Origin: Candidatus Hadarchaeales archaeon
GTDB lineage: Archaea; Hadarchaeota; Hadarchaeia; Hadarchaeales; WYZ-LMO6
Length of the DNA stretch: 64,000 nt
NCBI GenBank assembly: GCA_038851755.1
Contig: JAWCKR010000008.1
Coordinates: 1,161 to 65,160 of the forward strand
Direction: 5' to 3'
This document shows positions 9,323 through 18,354 of the stretch, piece after piece. Position numbers and translations under genes: made by a program. The notes under the pieces were generated by a model. It searched no databases. It was not told the DNA's origin and was given only the letters and a program-made list of their open reading frames with translations. Numbering within the stretch: the stretch's first letter is position 1; each line of letters opens with the position of its first letter.

Positions 9323-10501
9323 ATGCGGATAGTGGTGCTGGGGGGAGCCGGGCACATAGGCTCCGGGGTGGTGAGGGAACTCTCCAGGCTCGCACCTGAG
9401 GCCGACATCGTGGTGGCGGACAAAAACGTGGAAAAGGCGAGCGAGCTTTGCAGTGAGCTAGGGGGGAGAACCACGGCACGACGGGTGGACGCCAACGACC
9501 CCTCCAGCCTGGTGGAAGCCCTGAGGGGGGCGGAGGTGGCGGTGAGTACCGTGGGGCCATACTACACCTACGGGGCCAAAGTGCTGCGCTCAGCCATAAA
9601 GGCGGGAACCCATCTCGTGGACGTGGATGACGACTACGACGCCACGGAGGAGTGCCTGAATCTGCGGGAGGAGGCCGAAAGAGCGGGGGTGCTGGCCATC
9701 GTGGGATTGGGGGCCACCCCTGGCCTCCTCAACCTGATGGGAAAGTACGGGGCGGATGAACTCGACGAAGTGGATGAGATCCACACGTCCTGGGCCTGGA
9801 CGGGGGTGGATCCCGAGATGGGGCCCGCCATCATCTCCCACTACTTCCACGCCATCACCGGGGAGGTCCCGACCTACAGGGGAGGAGAGTGGGTAAGGGT
9901 GAAGGCCCTCTCCGAGCCCGAGGTGGTCACCTTTCCTCCCCCCGTGGGCCCACGGAGGGTCTACCACGTGGGTCATCCTGAACCCGTGACCCTCCCCCGG
10001 TACGTGAGGGGGGTGAAAACGGTCACCAACAAGGGAACGATCTGGCCCACCTCCCTCGCCGACCTCGCCAAAACCTTCTCCGAGGTGGGCCTCACCACCC
10101 TGAGGGAGCTGAACCTGAGAGGGACATCCGTCCCCCTCCGGGAGATCATGGTCCATCTGACGCTCGACCTGGCGGACTTTGCCCCTCCCGAACTCCTGGA
10201 GGAGGCCCAGCGGGAACTGGAAGACCTGGGGGAGTACTCCCTGGGAGTGGCCCTCAGGGCGGAGGTGAGGGGGAGGAAGGAGGGGAAGAGGGCGAGGAGG
10301 ATCTACGGGGCAGTCTGCCGCTCGGCCGTGACCGCCACAGCCCTACCGGCGGCTGTGGGGGCCCTCTGGATAGCGAGGGGGGAAGTGAGGGGAAAAGGGG
10401 TCTTCCCCCCCGAAGGCCTTATCGAGCCGGGGCGCTTCCTACGCGAGGTGGGGAAGGAAGTGGAGATCTTCGAAACGGAGGAGCTAAGCGGAAGGCTCTG
10501 A
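9323..10501 (+). CDS. saccharopine dehydrogenase-family NAD(P)-binding oxidoreductase
   Basis: 392 aa. N-terminal Rossmann motif MRIVVLGGAGHIGSG. Length and layout are typical of the Sacchrp_dh family. The substrate is unknown. Confidence 0.65.
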   Translation: MRIVVLGGAGHIGSGVVRELSRLAPEADIVVADKNVEKASELCSELGGRTTARRVDANDPSSLVEALRGAEVAVSTVGPYYTYGAKVLRSAIKAGTHLVDVDDDYDATEECLNLREEAERAGVLAIVGLGATPGLLNLMGKYGADELDEVDEIHTSWAWTGVDPEMGPAIISHYFHAITGEVPTYRGGEWVRVKALSEPEVVTFPPPVGPRRVYHVGHPEPVTLPRYVRGVKTVTNKGTIWPTSLADLAKTFSEVGLTTLRELNLRGTSVPLREIMVHLTLDLADFAPPELLEEAQRELEDLGEYSLGVALRAEVRGRKEGKRARRIYGAVCRSAVTATALPAAVGALWIARGEVRGKGVFPPEGLIEPGRFLREVGKEVEIFETEELSGRL

Positions 10502-10511
10502 GCCCCTCCGC

Positions 10512-11195
10512 TCATCGCGCGACCTGATCCTGGTTTATCCCCCTGCGCCTCTCCTCCAGGAGCTTCAGGGCCTCGCGGTCCCCCGTCCTCAGGAAGTACC
10601 TTTCCGCCCTCCTGAGGGCCCAGAGGGCATCCCCAGGATCACCCCTCCTCACATGCCACTCGGCGCACCTCATCCAGGCCCTCCCGGGCTCTCGGTACTT
10701 CCTCCAACCCTTTCCGGTCCCCCTCAGGACCCCGGCGGCTCTTTCGTAAGCATCCGCGGCTCTGAAGAAGTCCCCCCTCTCCTCCCACTTCCTGGCCAGG
10801 GACTCGTAAACCCTGCGGGCCTCCGCTTGCTTCCCGACCCTTTCCCAACACCTGGCGGCCTCCAAGAGGAGAAAGGCGACCAACCCGAAATCTCCACCCC
10901 TCTCCGCCATCCCTGCCGCCCTCCCGTATCCGCCCGCCGCCTCCCCCAACCTTCCCTCCCCCTCCAGCAGCCTGCTCCGCTGGTAGAGCCCGTAGGAGGA
11001 GAGAAAGTAGCTGCCTTTTTCCTCCTTGAGCCTCGCGTACTCCTCCCACATCCTCTCAGCCAACCCCAGCTCCCCCCGCCGTTCCGCCTCCAGCGCCTTG
11101 ACCTCGTACTCCCTTGAGAGCTCGTAAGCGTCCCCATCCGCACCCCCTTCCCCGCGCCTCTTCCCTTCTCTTCGAGGGGCACCAGCCTTCCCCAA
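10512..11195 (-). CDS. hypothetical helical-repeat (TPR-like) protein
   Basis: 227-aa ORF 4 nt downstream of cbf5 with a TTG start. Repeated A/E/R/W-rich helical segments (AARCWERVG, AADAYERAA, AEWHVRRGD). The start is uncertain. Confidence 0.45.
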   Translation of the reverse strand: MGKAGAPRREGKRRGEGGADGDAYELSREYEVKALEAERRGELGLAERMWEEYARLKEEKGSYFLSSYGLYQRSRLLEGEGRLGEAAGGYGRAAGMAERGGDFGLVAFLLLEAARCWERVGKQAEARRVYESLARKWEERGDFFRAADAYERAAGVLRGTGKGWRKYREPGRAWMRCAEWHVRRGDPGDALWALRRAERYFLRTGDREALKLLEERRRGINQDQVAR

Positions 11196-11199
11196 GGGC

Positions 11200-12180
11200 T
11201 CACTTCCACTTCCTGGGATAGGTGCCGGGAGACATCACCACCCTCTCGGGCTTCGCCACGATCCCGTGGTCCGCCTCCAGGATCTGCTTGGAGGTCTGGG
11301 TGGCTTTGGCCAGGCACACGAGCTCACCCTTCAGGGTCATCACCGCCACCAGGTCGCCCGGCGAAATCCCCGTTTCCACCGTGAGCACGCCCGGCGCCGC
11401 CAGCGCCGCACCGTGGCAGAGGGCGTCCACCGCGCCGTCCCTCACCACCAGCTTGGGAAGGTGTCCCACGGCGGCCTCCACGGGAAGCACCGTCCTCCGC
11501 AACCACTTCTCGTCGCCCTCCTCCTTCCAGAAGGCGTAAGCATCCGTGATGTCCTGGAGCTTCACCAGCGTGCCGTCCTCCGCGAAGGGTCCCGTCCTGG
11601 TCCTCCTCAGCTCCTTCATGTGGGCCCCGCAGCCCAGCGCCAGCCCCAAATCGAAGCAGTACTTCCTGAGGTAGGTCCCCGCCTCGCATCCCACCCTCAG
11701 CAGGACGTTCCTCCCCTCCCTCTCCAGGATCTCCGCGTAGTAGACCTTCCTCTTCCTGAGCTTCCTCCTCACCGCCGCCCGCATGGGGGGACGCTGGTAG
11801 ATCTCCCCCTGGAACTCCTCCAGCACCTCCCTGAGGCGCGCCTCGGGCACCTCCCCGTGCAGGTGGAGCAGGCACACGTACTCCTTGCCCGCGGGGAGGA
11901 GGGCCTGAAGCACCTTGGTCGCGTCCTCCAGGGCCACGGGGAGCACCCCGCTGACCGCCGGGTCCAGAGTGCCGGAGTGACCGGCCTTCTTCCTCTCCAT
12001 CACCGACTTGACCCAAGAGACCACCTCGTGGGAGGTAGGCCCCACGGGCTTGTCCAGGTTGAGCACGCCGAGCCTCAGGTGCTCCGCCATGGGGCGCTGG
12101 GTGGGGGAACAACCGTATCGCTCGTCCGTCAGGTCCTCCGCCCTCACCAGCACCTCCCTGGCGGAGAGAAAGGGCAGCAC
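11200..12180 (-). CDS. cbf5: tRNA/rRNA pseudouridine synthase Cbf5 (H/ACA RNP catalytic subunit)
   Basis: YGCSPTQRP...GVLNLDKPVGPTSHEVV, the TruB core and a C-terminal PUA domain. There is no ATG upstream of the conserved N-terminus. A GTG at 12180 (or TTG at 12186) overlaps the rpl14e stop. The track ORF start at 12381 was rejected. Confidence 0.9.
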   Translation of the reverse strand: MLPFLSAREVLVRAEDLTDERYGCSPTQRPMAEHLRLGVLNLDKPVGPTSHEVVSWVKSVMERKKAGHSGTLDPAVSGVLPVALEDATKVLQALLPAGKEYVCLLHLHGEVPEARLREVLEEFQGEIYQRPPMRAAVRRKLRKRKVYYAEILEREGRNVLLRVGCEAGTYLRKYCFDLGLALGCGAHMKELRRTRTGPFAEDGTLVKLQDITDAYAFWKEEGDEKWLRRTVLPVEAAVGHLPKLVVRDGAVDALCHGAALAAPGVLTVETGISPGDLVAVMTLKGELVCLAKATQTSKQILEADHGIVAKPERVVMSPGTYPRKWK

Positions 12181-12182
12181 CT

Positions 12183-12434
12183 TCAAGCCTGGGTCCCCTG
12201 GCCACCGGAGCGGGAAAGGGCGTCCTCCAGCAGCCTCACCACCTCCCCGTCCTCCGCCCCGGGTGGGAGATCGAGCTTGAGGGGCAGGGGCTCCAGGTGT
12301 TTGACGTTGCACTTCCTCCTCTTCACTCCCTTCCCCACCACCACGACGTAGGTATCGTCCACCGTCTCCACCACCACGCACTTCCTTCCCGCTTCCTTCC
12401 CGGCTATCTTAACGCACACCCTTCCTACTTCCAT
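12183..12434 (-). CDS. rpl14e: 50S ribosomal protein L14e
   Basis: 83 aa with a KOW-like MEVGRVCVKIAGKEAGRKCVVV. Sits in the canonical cmk-L14e-cbf5 neighbourhood. Confidence 0.85.
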   Translation of the reverse strand: MEVGRVCVKIAGKEAGRKCVVVETVDDTYVVVVGKGVKRRKCNVKHLEPLPLKLDLPPGAEDGEVVRLLEDALSRSGGQGTQA

Positions 12435-12951
12435 CCTTCCTCCTCCTTTCCACGAGCCTCTCCAGCATCTCCACCTCCTCCTCCACCCCCAGCCTGGAGG
12501 TGTTGATCACGAGGTCGAAGACGGAGAGGTCGTCTATATCTATCCCGTAGAGCTCCTTAAACCGCTTTCTCTCGCTCCTCTCCCTGACCAGCGTTTCCTC
12601 CCTCACCTCCTTCAGGTCCCTGCCCTCCCTCTCCGCAATCCTCCTCACCCTCACCTCCAGCGGGGCCGTGAGGAGCACCCTCAGGTCCGCGTCCTTCACC
12701 ATCCAGCCCGAAAGCCTCCCATCCACCACCGCCTCGCCCCTGACCTCCGCCAGCCTCCTGTCGATCTCCCTGTCTATCTCGGGGTGCTTCTCCGCGTACT
12801 CGGAGAACTCCTTCAGGTCCATTCCCCTCTCCTCCGCCATGCGCCTGAAGACCTCCCCCGCGGAGAGGTACCTGAGCCCGAGCCTCCTGGCCAGTTCTTT
12901 AGCCACTACGCTCTTCCCCGCCCCGTGTTCACCGCTTATGGTGATGAGCAA
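12409..12951 (-). CDS. cmk: cytidylate kinase (archaeal type)
   Basis: P-loop ISGEHGAGKS, 180 aa, in the L34e-cmk-L14e context. Its 3' end overlaps rpl14e by 26 nt. Confidence 0.88.
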   Translation of the reverse strand: MLITISGEHGAGKSVVAKELARRLGLRYLSAGEVFRRMAEERGMDLKEFSEYAEKHPEIDREIDRRLAEVRGEAVVDGRLSGWMVKDADLRVLLTAPLEVRVRRIAEREGRDLKEVREETLVRERSERKRFKELYGIDIDDLSVFDLVINTSRLGVEEEVEMLERLVERRRKDGSRKGVR

Positions 12952-12958
12952 GCTCCAC

Positions 12959-13207
12959 CTACCGGAGGAGACTTCTCAGGGCCTCCCTGGAGCACCTGGA
13001 GCAGAGGTCGGAGAAGGGACGGTTGGCCTTCCTGGAAGAGCGGGGGAGACCCCTCGGGCGGGAGGGAAGGCCGGGCAGGGGACGACCGCACCTCCTGCAC
13101 CTGGCCGGACCCCTCTTCCTCTCCTCGTACCTCACCTCCGTCCTCCCCCCGGGCAGCCTCAGGGAAATCCTGCGGAGAGCCCTCGACCTCAGTCTGCGCG
13201 CGGGCAT
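12959..13207 (-). CDS. rpl34e: 50S ribosomal protein L34e
   Basis: RSRALRRISLRLPGGRTEVRYEERK...CRRCGRPL, typical of L34e. Confidence 0.88.
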   Translation of the reverse strand: MPARRLRSRALRRISLRLPGGRTEVRYEERKRGPARCRRCGRPLPGLPSRPRGLPRSSRKANRPFSDLCSRCSREALRSLLR

Positions 13208-14086
13208 TCACTCACCTATCAGCAGCCTCCTCCAGAGGTGAGAGAAGACGAAGTAGGTTATAAAGAGCCACCCCACGAACCCGCAGGAGGACCACTCCCC
13301 GAAGAAGGGAAGGGGGAGGGAGAAGGGGAGCCAGGCCATCACCCAGCCCACGTAGATCCGGCTGAGCAGGGCCCAGAGGAGGAGCCAGGGAAAGAGGTAG
13401 ACCAGGGTGGGACGGAAGCTCTCCCTCATCATCTCGCCCTGGAGGGAGAGGATGCGCCCCTGCTCCGTCATCATCTTGTGGACCTTCTTCATGTCCTTCT
13501 TGCGCTGGGCCTCCCTGAGCTCGGCCTGCCAGGAGGCGACCTCCTTCCTGATCCTCCTCATCTTCTCCCAGTCCACCATCCTGCGGGTGAGCATGGTGAC
13601 GAAGAGGGAAAAGAGGAGGGAGATGAGGAGCACCAGGGAAGTGGCATGTCCGTAGGCGAGGGGGACTTCCAGCCCCGCCTTCGAAATCCCTCTCTCCAGC
13701 AGGGAGCGCAGGGAGAGGATGCCCTCCTCCGAGGGGGCGGAAAGCTGGTTATCGAAGGCCGTGAGGATCTGGTTGTCCAACCCGGGGTCGACGTTCTCCA
13801 GCGCGGACCTCAGGCCGAGGTAGTCCTCCTTGGCCCTTCCCAGGCTATCCTTGGCCCCCGTCTCGCTCCCGTGCCTGAGGGAGATCAGGGACTGGTCCAC
13901 CTTCCCCAGCATCACCTTGGCGGGCGTGTCGGCACGGTGGGCGAACACCGCCCAGAGGGTGGCTCCCAAAGCCAGGAGCACGAGCAGGACCACCGACACC
14001 TCCACCAGCCTTCCCTTCCCCTTCGGGACCGGCTGGGGCGGTGGCGGTGCGACGCCTCCCGGAGCCGCGGTGCTTTCCTCACTCAC
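13208..14086 (-). CDS. DUF106 / EMC3-TMCO1-like (YidC/Oxa1-like) membrane protein with an N-terminal extension
   Basis: The C-terminal ~160 aa match the archaeal DUF106 layout: a TM, a basic coiled loop (RRIRKEVASWQAELREAQRKKDMKK), then two TMs. It occupies the conserved position next to secY. The GTG start overlaps the secY stop. Confidence 0.7.
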   Translation of the reverse strand: MSEESTAAPGGVAPPPPQPVPKGKGRLVEVSVVLLVLLALGATLWAVFAHRADTPAKVMLGKVDQSLISLRHGSETGAKDSLGRAKEDYLGLRSALENVDPGLDNQILTAFDNQLSAPSEEGILSLRSLLERGISKAGLEVPLAYGHATSLVLLISLLFSLFVTMLTRRMVDWEKMRRIRKEVASWQAELREAQRKKDMKKVHKMMTEQGRILSLQGEMMRESFRPTLVYLFPWLLLWALLSRIYVGWVMAWLPFSLPLPFFGEWSSCGFVGWLFITYFVFSHLWRRLLIGE

Positions 14087-15431
14087 CCAGGAACCTCCTC
14101 AGAGCCGGGAACATCTCGCTCACCCGCTCCCTGGCTATTTCCTCGTAGAGGCTATAAGTAATCCCCACCGCCAGCAGGATACCCGTTCCCGATCCCAGGG
14201 CCCCCAGGAAATCAGCCACGGCTGAGAGGGCGCCTATGGCCAGACCGCTCAGCACCGTGAGGCCGGAGATGTACCTGGAGAGGAGCTGCTCCATCACCCT
14301 CACGTCCCTCCTGAAGCCCGGGATGAGGAAGCCCGACTCGTCCAGGCTCTCCGCCACCTCCCTGGGGCCCATCCCCGCAAGGGAGACCCAGAGGATGCTG
14401 AAGCCCACACAGAGGGAGACCAGCAGGAGGAAGTAAATCAAGGCCCTCAGCGGATCGCCGGCCACCTCCGTCAGCCCGTGGGGGGCGCTCAGGTACGGGT
14501 CCAGGAAGTTCAGGCGGGGGAAGAAGTAGGTTAGGAGCCTGAGGTTGGCGAAGACCGCCATGGCCAGGATCACGGGTATCACCGAGGTGTACATGAACTT
14601 CAGGGGGTACCTTCCCCTGATCCCCCCGAACCTCCCGTAGGCGATGGGGATTTCCACCCTCATGCTCTCGGCGTACACGGCGACCAGGAAGACCACCACC
14701 GTGGCTATCACCCCCAGCATGTTGGCCCCTCCCCTCAGGAAGGCGTCGGAGAGGGGCCCACCGGAGACGAGGGTCTTCACGAAGAAGGGGACCGCCCCTA
14801 TGAGTTCCCCCCCGTACCTGAAGGGGGAGAGGGCCTGCCATACCACCTCCGTGGCCACCCCGCCCACGATGAAGAGCCCTATCCCGCTCCCGAAGCCGTA
14901 CTTGGAAACGAGCTCGTCCAGGTACATCACCACCACTGCCCCCAGCACCAGCTGACCCAGCACCATCATCCTGGTCTCCATCGGAAGGGCGGACCCTCCC
15001 CTGGTGTACCATCCCCCCATCACCAGCGCCCCTCCCTGGAAGAGGGCCATGAAGATGGCGAAGAGCTTCTGCACCCCCGTGAAGAGGGCCCTGTCCTCCC
15101 TGTCCCGGAGGTCCAGCCCTATGAGCTTGGCGCCCACCAGCAGCTGCATGATGATGCCCGCCGTCACGATGGGCCCTATCCCCAGCTCCACCAGGCTCCC
15201 CGCGTGGCTCGCCAGCACGTACCTGAGGGCCCCGAAGAAGCTCTGGGTCTGCCTCTCCACCCCGTAGAGGGGGACCTGGGTCATCACCAGGAAGAGGAGG
15301 AGGGCGAGCGCGCTCCAGAGGAACTTCTCTTTGAAGGAAACGTGCCTCTTCGGAACCTCCACCTCGGGAAGAACTTTCAGGAGGGGCTTGAACACGTAGA
15401 GCCTGGACCTAGGCTTCTCTTCCTGGTTCAT
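14079..15431 (-). CDS. secY: preprotein translocase subunit SecY
   Basis: 450 aa, 10-TM pattern, conserved GIGPIVTAGIIMQLL, downstream of L15. Confidence 0.95.
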   Translation of the reverse strand: MNQEEKPRSRLYVFKPLLKVLPEVEVPKRHVSFKEKFLWSALALLLFLVMTQVPLYGVERQTQSFFGALRYVLASHAGSLVELGIGPIVTAGIIMQLLVGAKLIGLDLRDREDRALFTGVQKLFAIFMALFQGGALVMGGWYTRGGSALPMETRMMVLGQLVLGAVVVMYLDELVSKYGFGSGIGLFIVGGVATEVVWQALSPFRYGGELIGAVPFFVKTLVSGGPLSDAFLRGGANMLGVIATVVVFLVAVYAESMRVEIPIAYGRFGGIRGRYPLKFMYTSVIPVILAMAVFANLRLLTYFFPRLNFLDPYLSAPHGLTEVAGDPLRALIYFLLLVSLCVGFSILWVSLAGMGPREVAESLDESGFLIPGFRRDVRVMEQLLSRYISGLTVLSGLAIGALSAVADFLGALGSGTGILLAVGITYSLYEEIARERVSEMFPALRRFLGE

Positions 15432-15867
15432 CGGCCGACTCCCCTACCACCAGCCCTCCGGCTTCCTCCACCTTCGCCCTCGCCGCAGCGGTCACGTGAG
15501 GCGCCCTCAGCTCCAGGGCGTGCTCCACCCTTCCCCCTCCCAGCACCTTCTCCACTCCCAGCCTGGAGACGTCCACCGCTATCCTCTCCCCCCTCCTCTC
15601 GGCCAGACCCTTCTCCAGCAGCTCCTCTATCCTCTCGTCTATCTCACCCACGTTCATCGCCACGGGCTCCGGCCTCTCCGCGGGGACGAAGCCGTGCTTG
15701 CCGAAGTGGTCGGGGAAGTACCTCAGGATGTAGCTCCACTTCTGCTTGTGCCCCCCGCTCCACCCCTTCCCCCCTTTCTCTCCGCTCCCCCTCCCCCTCT
15801 TCGCGCAGCCCCTTCCATGGGTCCTTCCGTCGTACTTCCCTGCCTTCCGCCTCCTCCTCACCACCAT
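15409..15867 (-). CDS. rpl15: 50S ribosomal protein L15 (uL15)
   Basis: Basic, G-rich N-terminus GRTHGRG...GGHKQKW, in operon context. Confidence 0.92.
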   Translation of the reverse strand: MVVRRRRKAGKYDGRTHGRGCAKRGRGSGEKGGKGWSGGHKQKWSYILRYFPDHFGKHGFVPAERPEPVAMNVGEIDERIEELLEKGLAERRGERIAVDVSRLGVEKVLGGGRVEHALELRAPHVTAAARAKVEEAGGLVVGESADEPGREA

Positions 15868-15876
15868 CCTCCCACC

Positions 15877-16344
15877 TCAGATCATCCTCAGGATCAGCTC
15901 GTTTATCCCCTCGCCCCTGTAGCCCAGGTCACCTCCCTCCTTGACCGACCTCTTGGTCGCCCTGTATCCTCCCCTGGGGGGGTGCAGCCTGAAGACCTTC
16001 TTTAAATCCGGGAGATCCTTCACGCCGGCCTTCCCCTCCAGGAGGGCGTCGGCAAACTCCTCCAGGGAAGAAAAACCCGCCTCCCTCAGCCTCTCCTCCG
16101 TGAGGGGGAGGTCACCCTTCAGCCTGCCCCTCTTCCGGAGGAGGGAGAGCAGGGTTTCCCTGTTGATCTCACCCCAGGTAACCATGTCCTTGACCTTCTT
16201 CAGCATCCCCTTCTCCGAGTCCCCCCCACGGAGGAGGACGCAGTGGTTCACCCTGGTGAGGCCCATCATCCTGAGGGTTTCCACCACCTCCTTCCTCGCC
16301 TTGACGCTGCCCCTCAGCCTCACCGCCGCCAGGAGCTCAGCCAC
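15877..16344 (-). CDS. rpl30: 50S ribosomal protein L30 (uL30)
   Basis: The conserved LAAVRLRGSVKARKEVVETLRMMGL begins right after the GTG at 16344, which overlaps the rps5 stop (GTGGCTGA). The track extension to 16488 was rejected. Confidence 0.88.
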   Translation of the reverse strand: MAELLAAVRLRGSVKARKEVVETLRMMGLTRVNHCVLLRGGDSEKGMLKKVKDMVTWGEINRETLLSLLRKRGRLKGDLPLTEERLREAGFSSLEEFADALLEGKAGVKDLPDLKKVFRLHPPRGGYRATKRSVKEGGDLGYRGEGINELILRMI

Positions 16345-17002
16345 TGGTCTCCCCTCCCACCGCACCCAGCTGGAGGCCCCTCTTCCCCCCCACGAGGGCC
16401 ACCCTCGTGAGGTTCTTGAGGGCCTCCAGGGTGGCCATCGAAAGGTTGATCGTGGTCCTGGTCTCACCCCTAGAGAAGGTCCAGGCATCCTTCACCCCTG
16501 CCAGCTCCAGCACCGCCCTGGGGACCTCCGAGGCCACCAGACCCAGACCCCTGGGCGCTGGTTTGATGGTGATCTCCACGCTCCCGTACTTCCCCTTCCC
16601 CTCCACGGGAACGGAGTGGGGTCGTTCGCACCTGCACTCCCAGCTCCCGCATCCCCTGGCCACCTCCACCAGACCCATCTTGGCCGTGAGGGTGGCCTTT
16701 CTTATCGCCTCCCTTATCTCCCTGGCGCTGTTGTGCCCCACCCCCACCAGACCGTCCCGGTTCCCCACCGCCACCAGCACCCTGTACTTGTTCCTCCTCC
16801 CGGACTTGTGCATCCGCTGCACGAAGTTTATGGCCAGGATCCTCTCCTCCAGGCCCGGGACCAGGAGTTCCACGATCTCGGGCTCCTTGATGGGCAACCC
16901 CCTCCTGAGGATTTCTGAGATGCTCTTCACCTTTCCCTCCTTGACCTCCCTCCCCAGCGCGGTCTTGGGCTCCCAGGTCTCCAGCGTGGGCTTCTCCATC
17001 AT
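16337..17002 (-). CDS. rps5: 30S ribosomal protein S5 (uS5)
   Basis: 221 aa; FVQRMHKSGRRNKYRVLVAVGNRDGLVGVGH. Confidence 0.95.
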   Translation of the reverse strand: MMEKPTLETWEPKTALGREVKEGKVKSISEILRRGLPIKEPEIVELLVPGLEERILAINFVQRMHKSGRRNKYRVLVAVGNRDGLVGVGHNSAREIREAIRKATLTAKMGLVEVARGCGSWECRCERPHSVPVEGKGKYGSVEITIKPAPRGLGLVASEVPRAVLELAGVKDAWTFSRGETRTTINLSMATLEALKNLTRVALVGGKRGLQLGAVGGETSG

Positions 17003-17003
17003 C

Positions 17004-17573
17004 TCACCCGCTCAACCTCTCCTCCAGGGTCTTTTTTACCTCATCGAAGTGCCCGGGAAGTTCCTCCGGTGGCAGGCCCCTCTTCAGGTACTCGGAGAAC
17101 CTCCTGGTGTACTCCTCCCCCTCCTCCTTGAGCTTCTCGGCGTACCCCGCTATGTGCTCCCCCCTCACTCTCTCCTCCGCCGGGAGCATCTCCTCGGAAT
17201 GGGGGATACTCAGGCCTGCATCCAGGGCCCCCTTCAGCACGGCAAAGACCTTGGAGGAGGGAACGGGCTCATGGAGTCCCACGTCCAGCACGCACTCCTC
17301 CACCCCCTCCTTCTTGGCCCTCAGGCCGCACATCAGCCCCACCAAGTAGGCCGCGGGGAGGTTGGAGGTGCCCCCCTTCCAGCCGAAGTCCTCGAGCTCC
17401 CCTGAGAAGGCGGAGGCCCTCACCCTGTCCCCTCTGGGGTGGAACTCCACCACCTGGGCCCTCACGTGGTTCAGGGAAACCCTGACCACCAGGCGTGGCT
17501 TCCCCGACTTCAGGAGCCTGAACCTGAGCCTGTAGTCCGTCCTCCCCTCCCTCCTCCTCCTGAAGCACCTCAT
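17004..17573 (-). CDS. rpl18: 50S ribosomal protein L18 (uL18)
   Basis: RRRREGRTDYRLRFRLLKSGKPRLVVR, typical of archaeal L18. Confidence 0.93.
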   Translation of the reverse strand: MRCFRRRREGRTDYRLRFRLLKSGKPRLVVRVSLNHVRAQVVEFHPRGDRVRASAFSGELEDFGWKGGTSNLPAAYLVGLMCGLRAKKEGVEECVLDVGLHEPVPSSKVFAVLKGALDAGLSIPHSEEMLPAEERVRGEHIAGYAEKLKEEGEEYTRRFSEYLKRGLPPEELPGHFDEVKKTLEERLSG

Positions 17574-17998
17574 TTCTTCTCACCGCCCTCCCTCTCCTTC
17601 AGGTAGGCCTCCAGGTGCGACTTGCTCCTGAAGTACCCCCCGCTCACCTTCCGGTAGAGCCTGCGGTACTCCGCCCTGGAGATCTTCCCGCTGTCCCTCA
17701 GCTCCCTCAGCTTCTTCCGGAGGGCCCTCACCCTCCTCATCCACCTCTCCTTCTCGGGCAGCCTCGCCCCCCAGGAGCCCTTCCTGCTCCCCGGACCCCT
17801 CTTCCCCTCCCTCCTCCTCCCCCTGCTTATCCCCCTCACGGGCTTGGCCCTTATCGCACCCTCCTCGATCAGACGCTCCACGTCCCTTCTGGTCATGGCC
17901 GAGGAGATCTCCTCCAGCTTGGAGGGGTCCATCCAGATCCTGTTCTCACCCACCCCGAGCAGACTCGCCGCCAGCCTGCGTTGGGTGCTCAGTCTCAT
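17570..17998 (-). CDS. rpl19e: 50S ribosomal protein L19e
   Basis: The conserved sequence starts at MRLSTQRRLAASLLGVGENRIW. The ATG at 17998 overlaps the rpl32e stop (ATGA). The track extension to 18310 was rejected. Confidence 0.9.
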   Translation of the reverse strand: MRLSTQRRLAASLLGVGENRIWMDPSKLEEISSAMTRRDVERLIEEGAIRAKPVRGISRGRRREGKRGPGSRKGSWGARLPEKERWMRRVRALRKKLRELRDSGKISRAEYRRLYRKVSGGYFRSKSHLEAYLKEREGGEKK

Positions 17999-18354
17999 CC
18001 ACCCTCCCTCCCCGGGTTGAGCACCTTGAGACCCAACTCCCTGGCCCTGGCGAGGATCTGTCCCCTCTTCTTCTTCCCCACCCCCGAGGAAATCCTCACC
18101 GCGTGGGTGGAGGGGCTCAAACCCTCCAGCTCCTGAGGGCGGCTCACCAGCACCTCCCTGAGGCCGCTCGGGTGCAGGCCCCTGAGCTCCTTTGGGTTTC
18201 TGTAGCCCACCTTGACCGTGGCCGCCCTCCCCTTGAGCCCCAGCCTCATCTTGCTGTCCTTCCCCTTCGGTCTCCTCCACTTCTCCCCCAGCCTGCGGTA
18301 CCTGAACCACTCCTGCCTTCTGAACTTCGGAAGCTTCCTCTTCTGCATCCTCAT
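17995..18354 (-). CDS. rpl32e: 50S ribosomal protein L32e
   Basis: MRMQKRKLPKFRRQEWFRYRRLGEKWRRPKG. The ATG at 18354 overlaps the rpl6 stop (ATGA). Confidence 0.9.
   Translation of the reverse strand: MRMQKRKLPKFRRQEWFRYRRLGEKWRRPKGKDSKMRLGLKGRAATVKVGYRNPKELRGLHPSGLREVLVSRPQELEGLSPSTHAVRISSGVGKKKRGQILARARELGLKVLNPGREGG

Noticed and set aside
12668-14161. 497-aa plus-strand ORF
   Set aside because: It lies antisense to cmk, rpl34e and the DUF106 gene. Its translation is Pro/Gly/Arg/Glu-rich low-complexity sequence typical of shadow ORFs in GC-rich DNA, while the minus-strand genes have clear family signatures.
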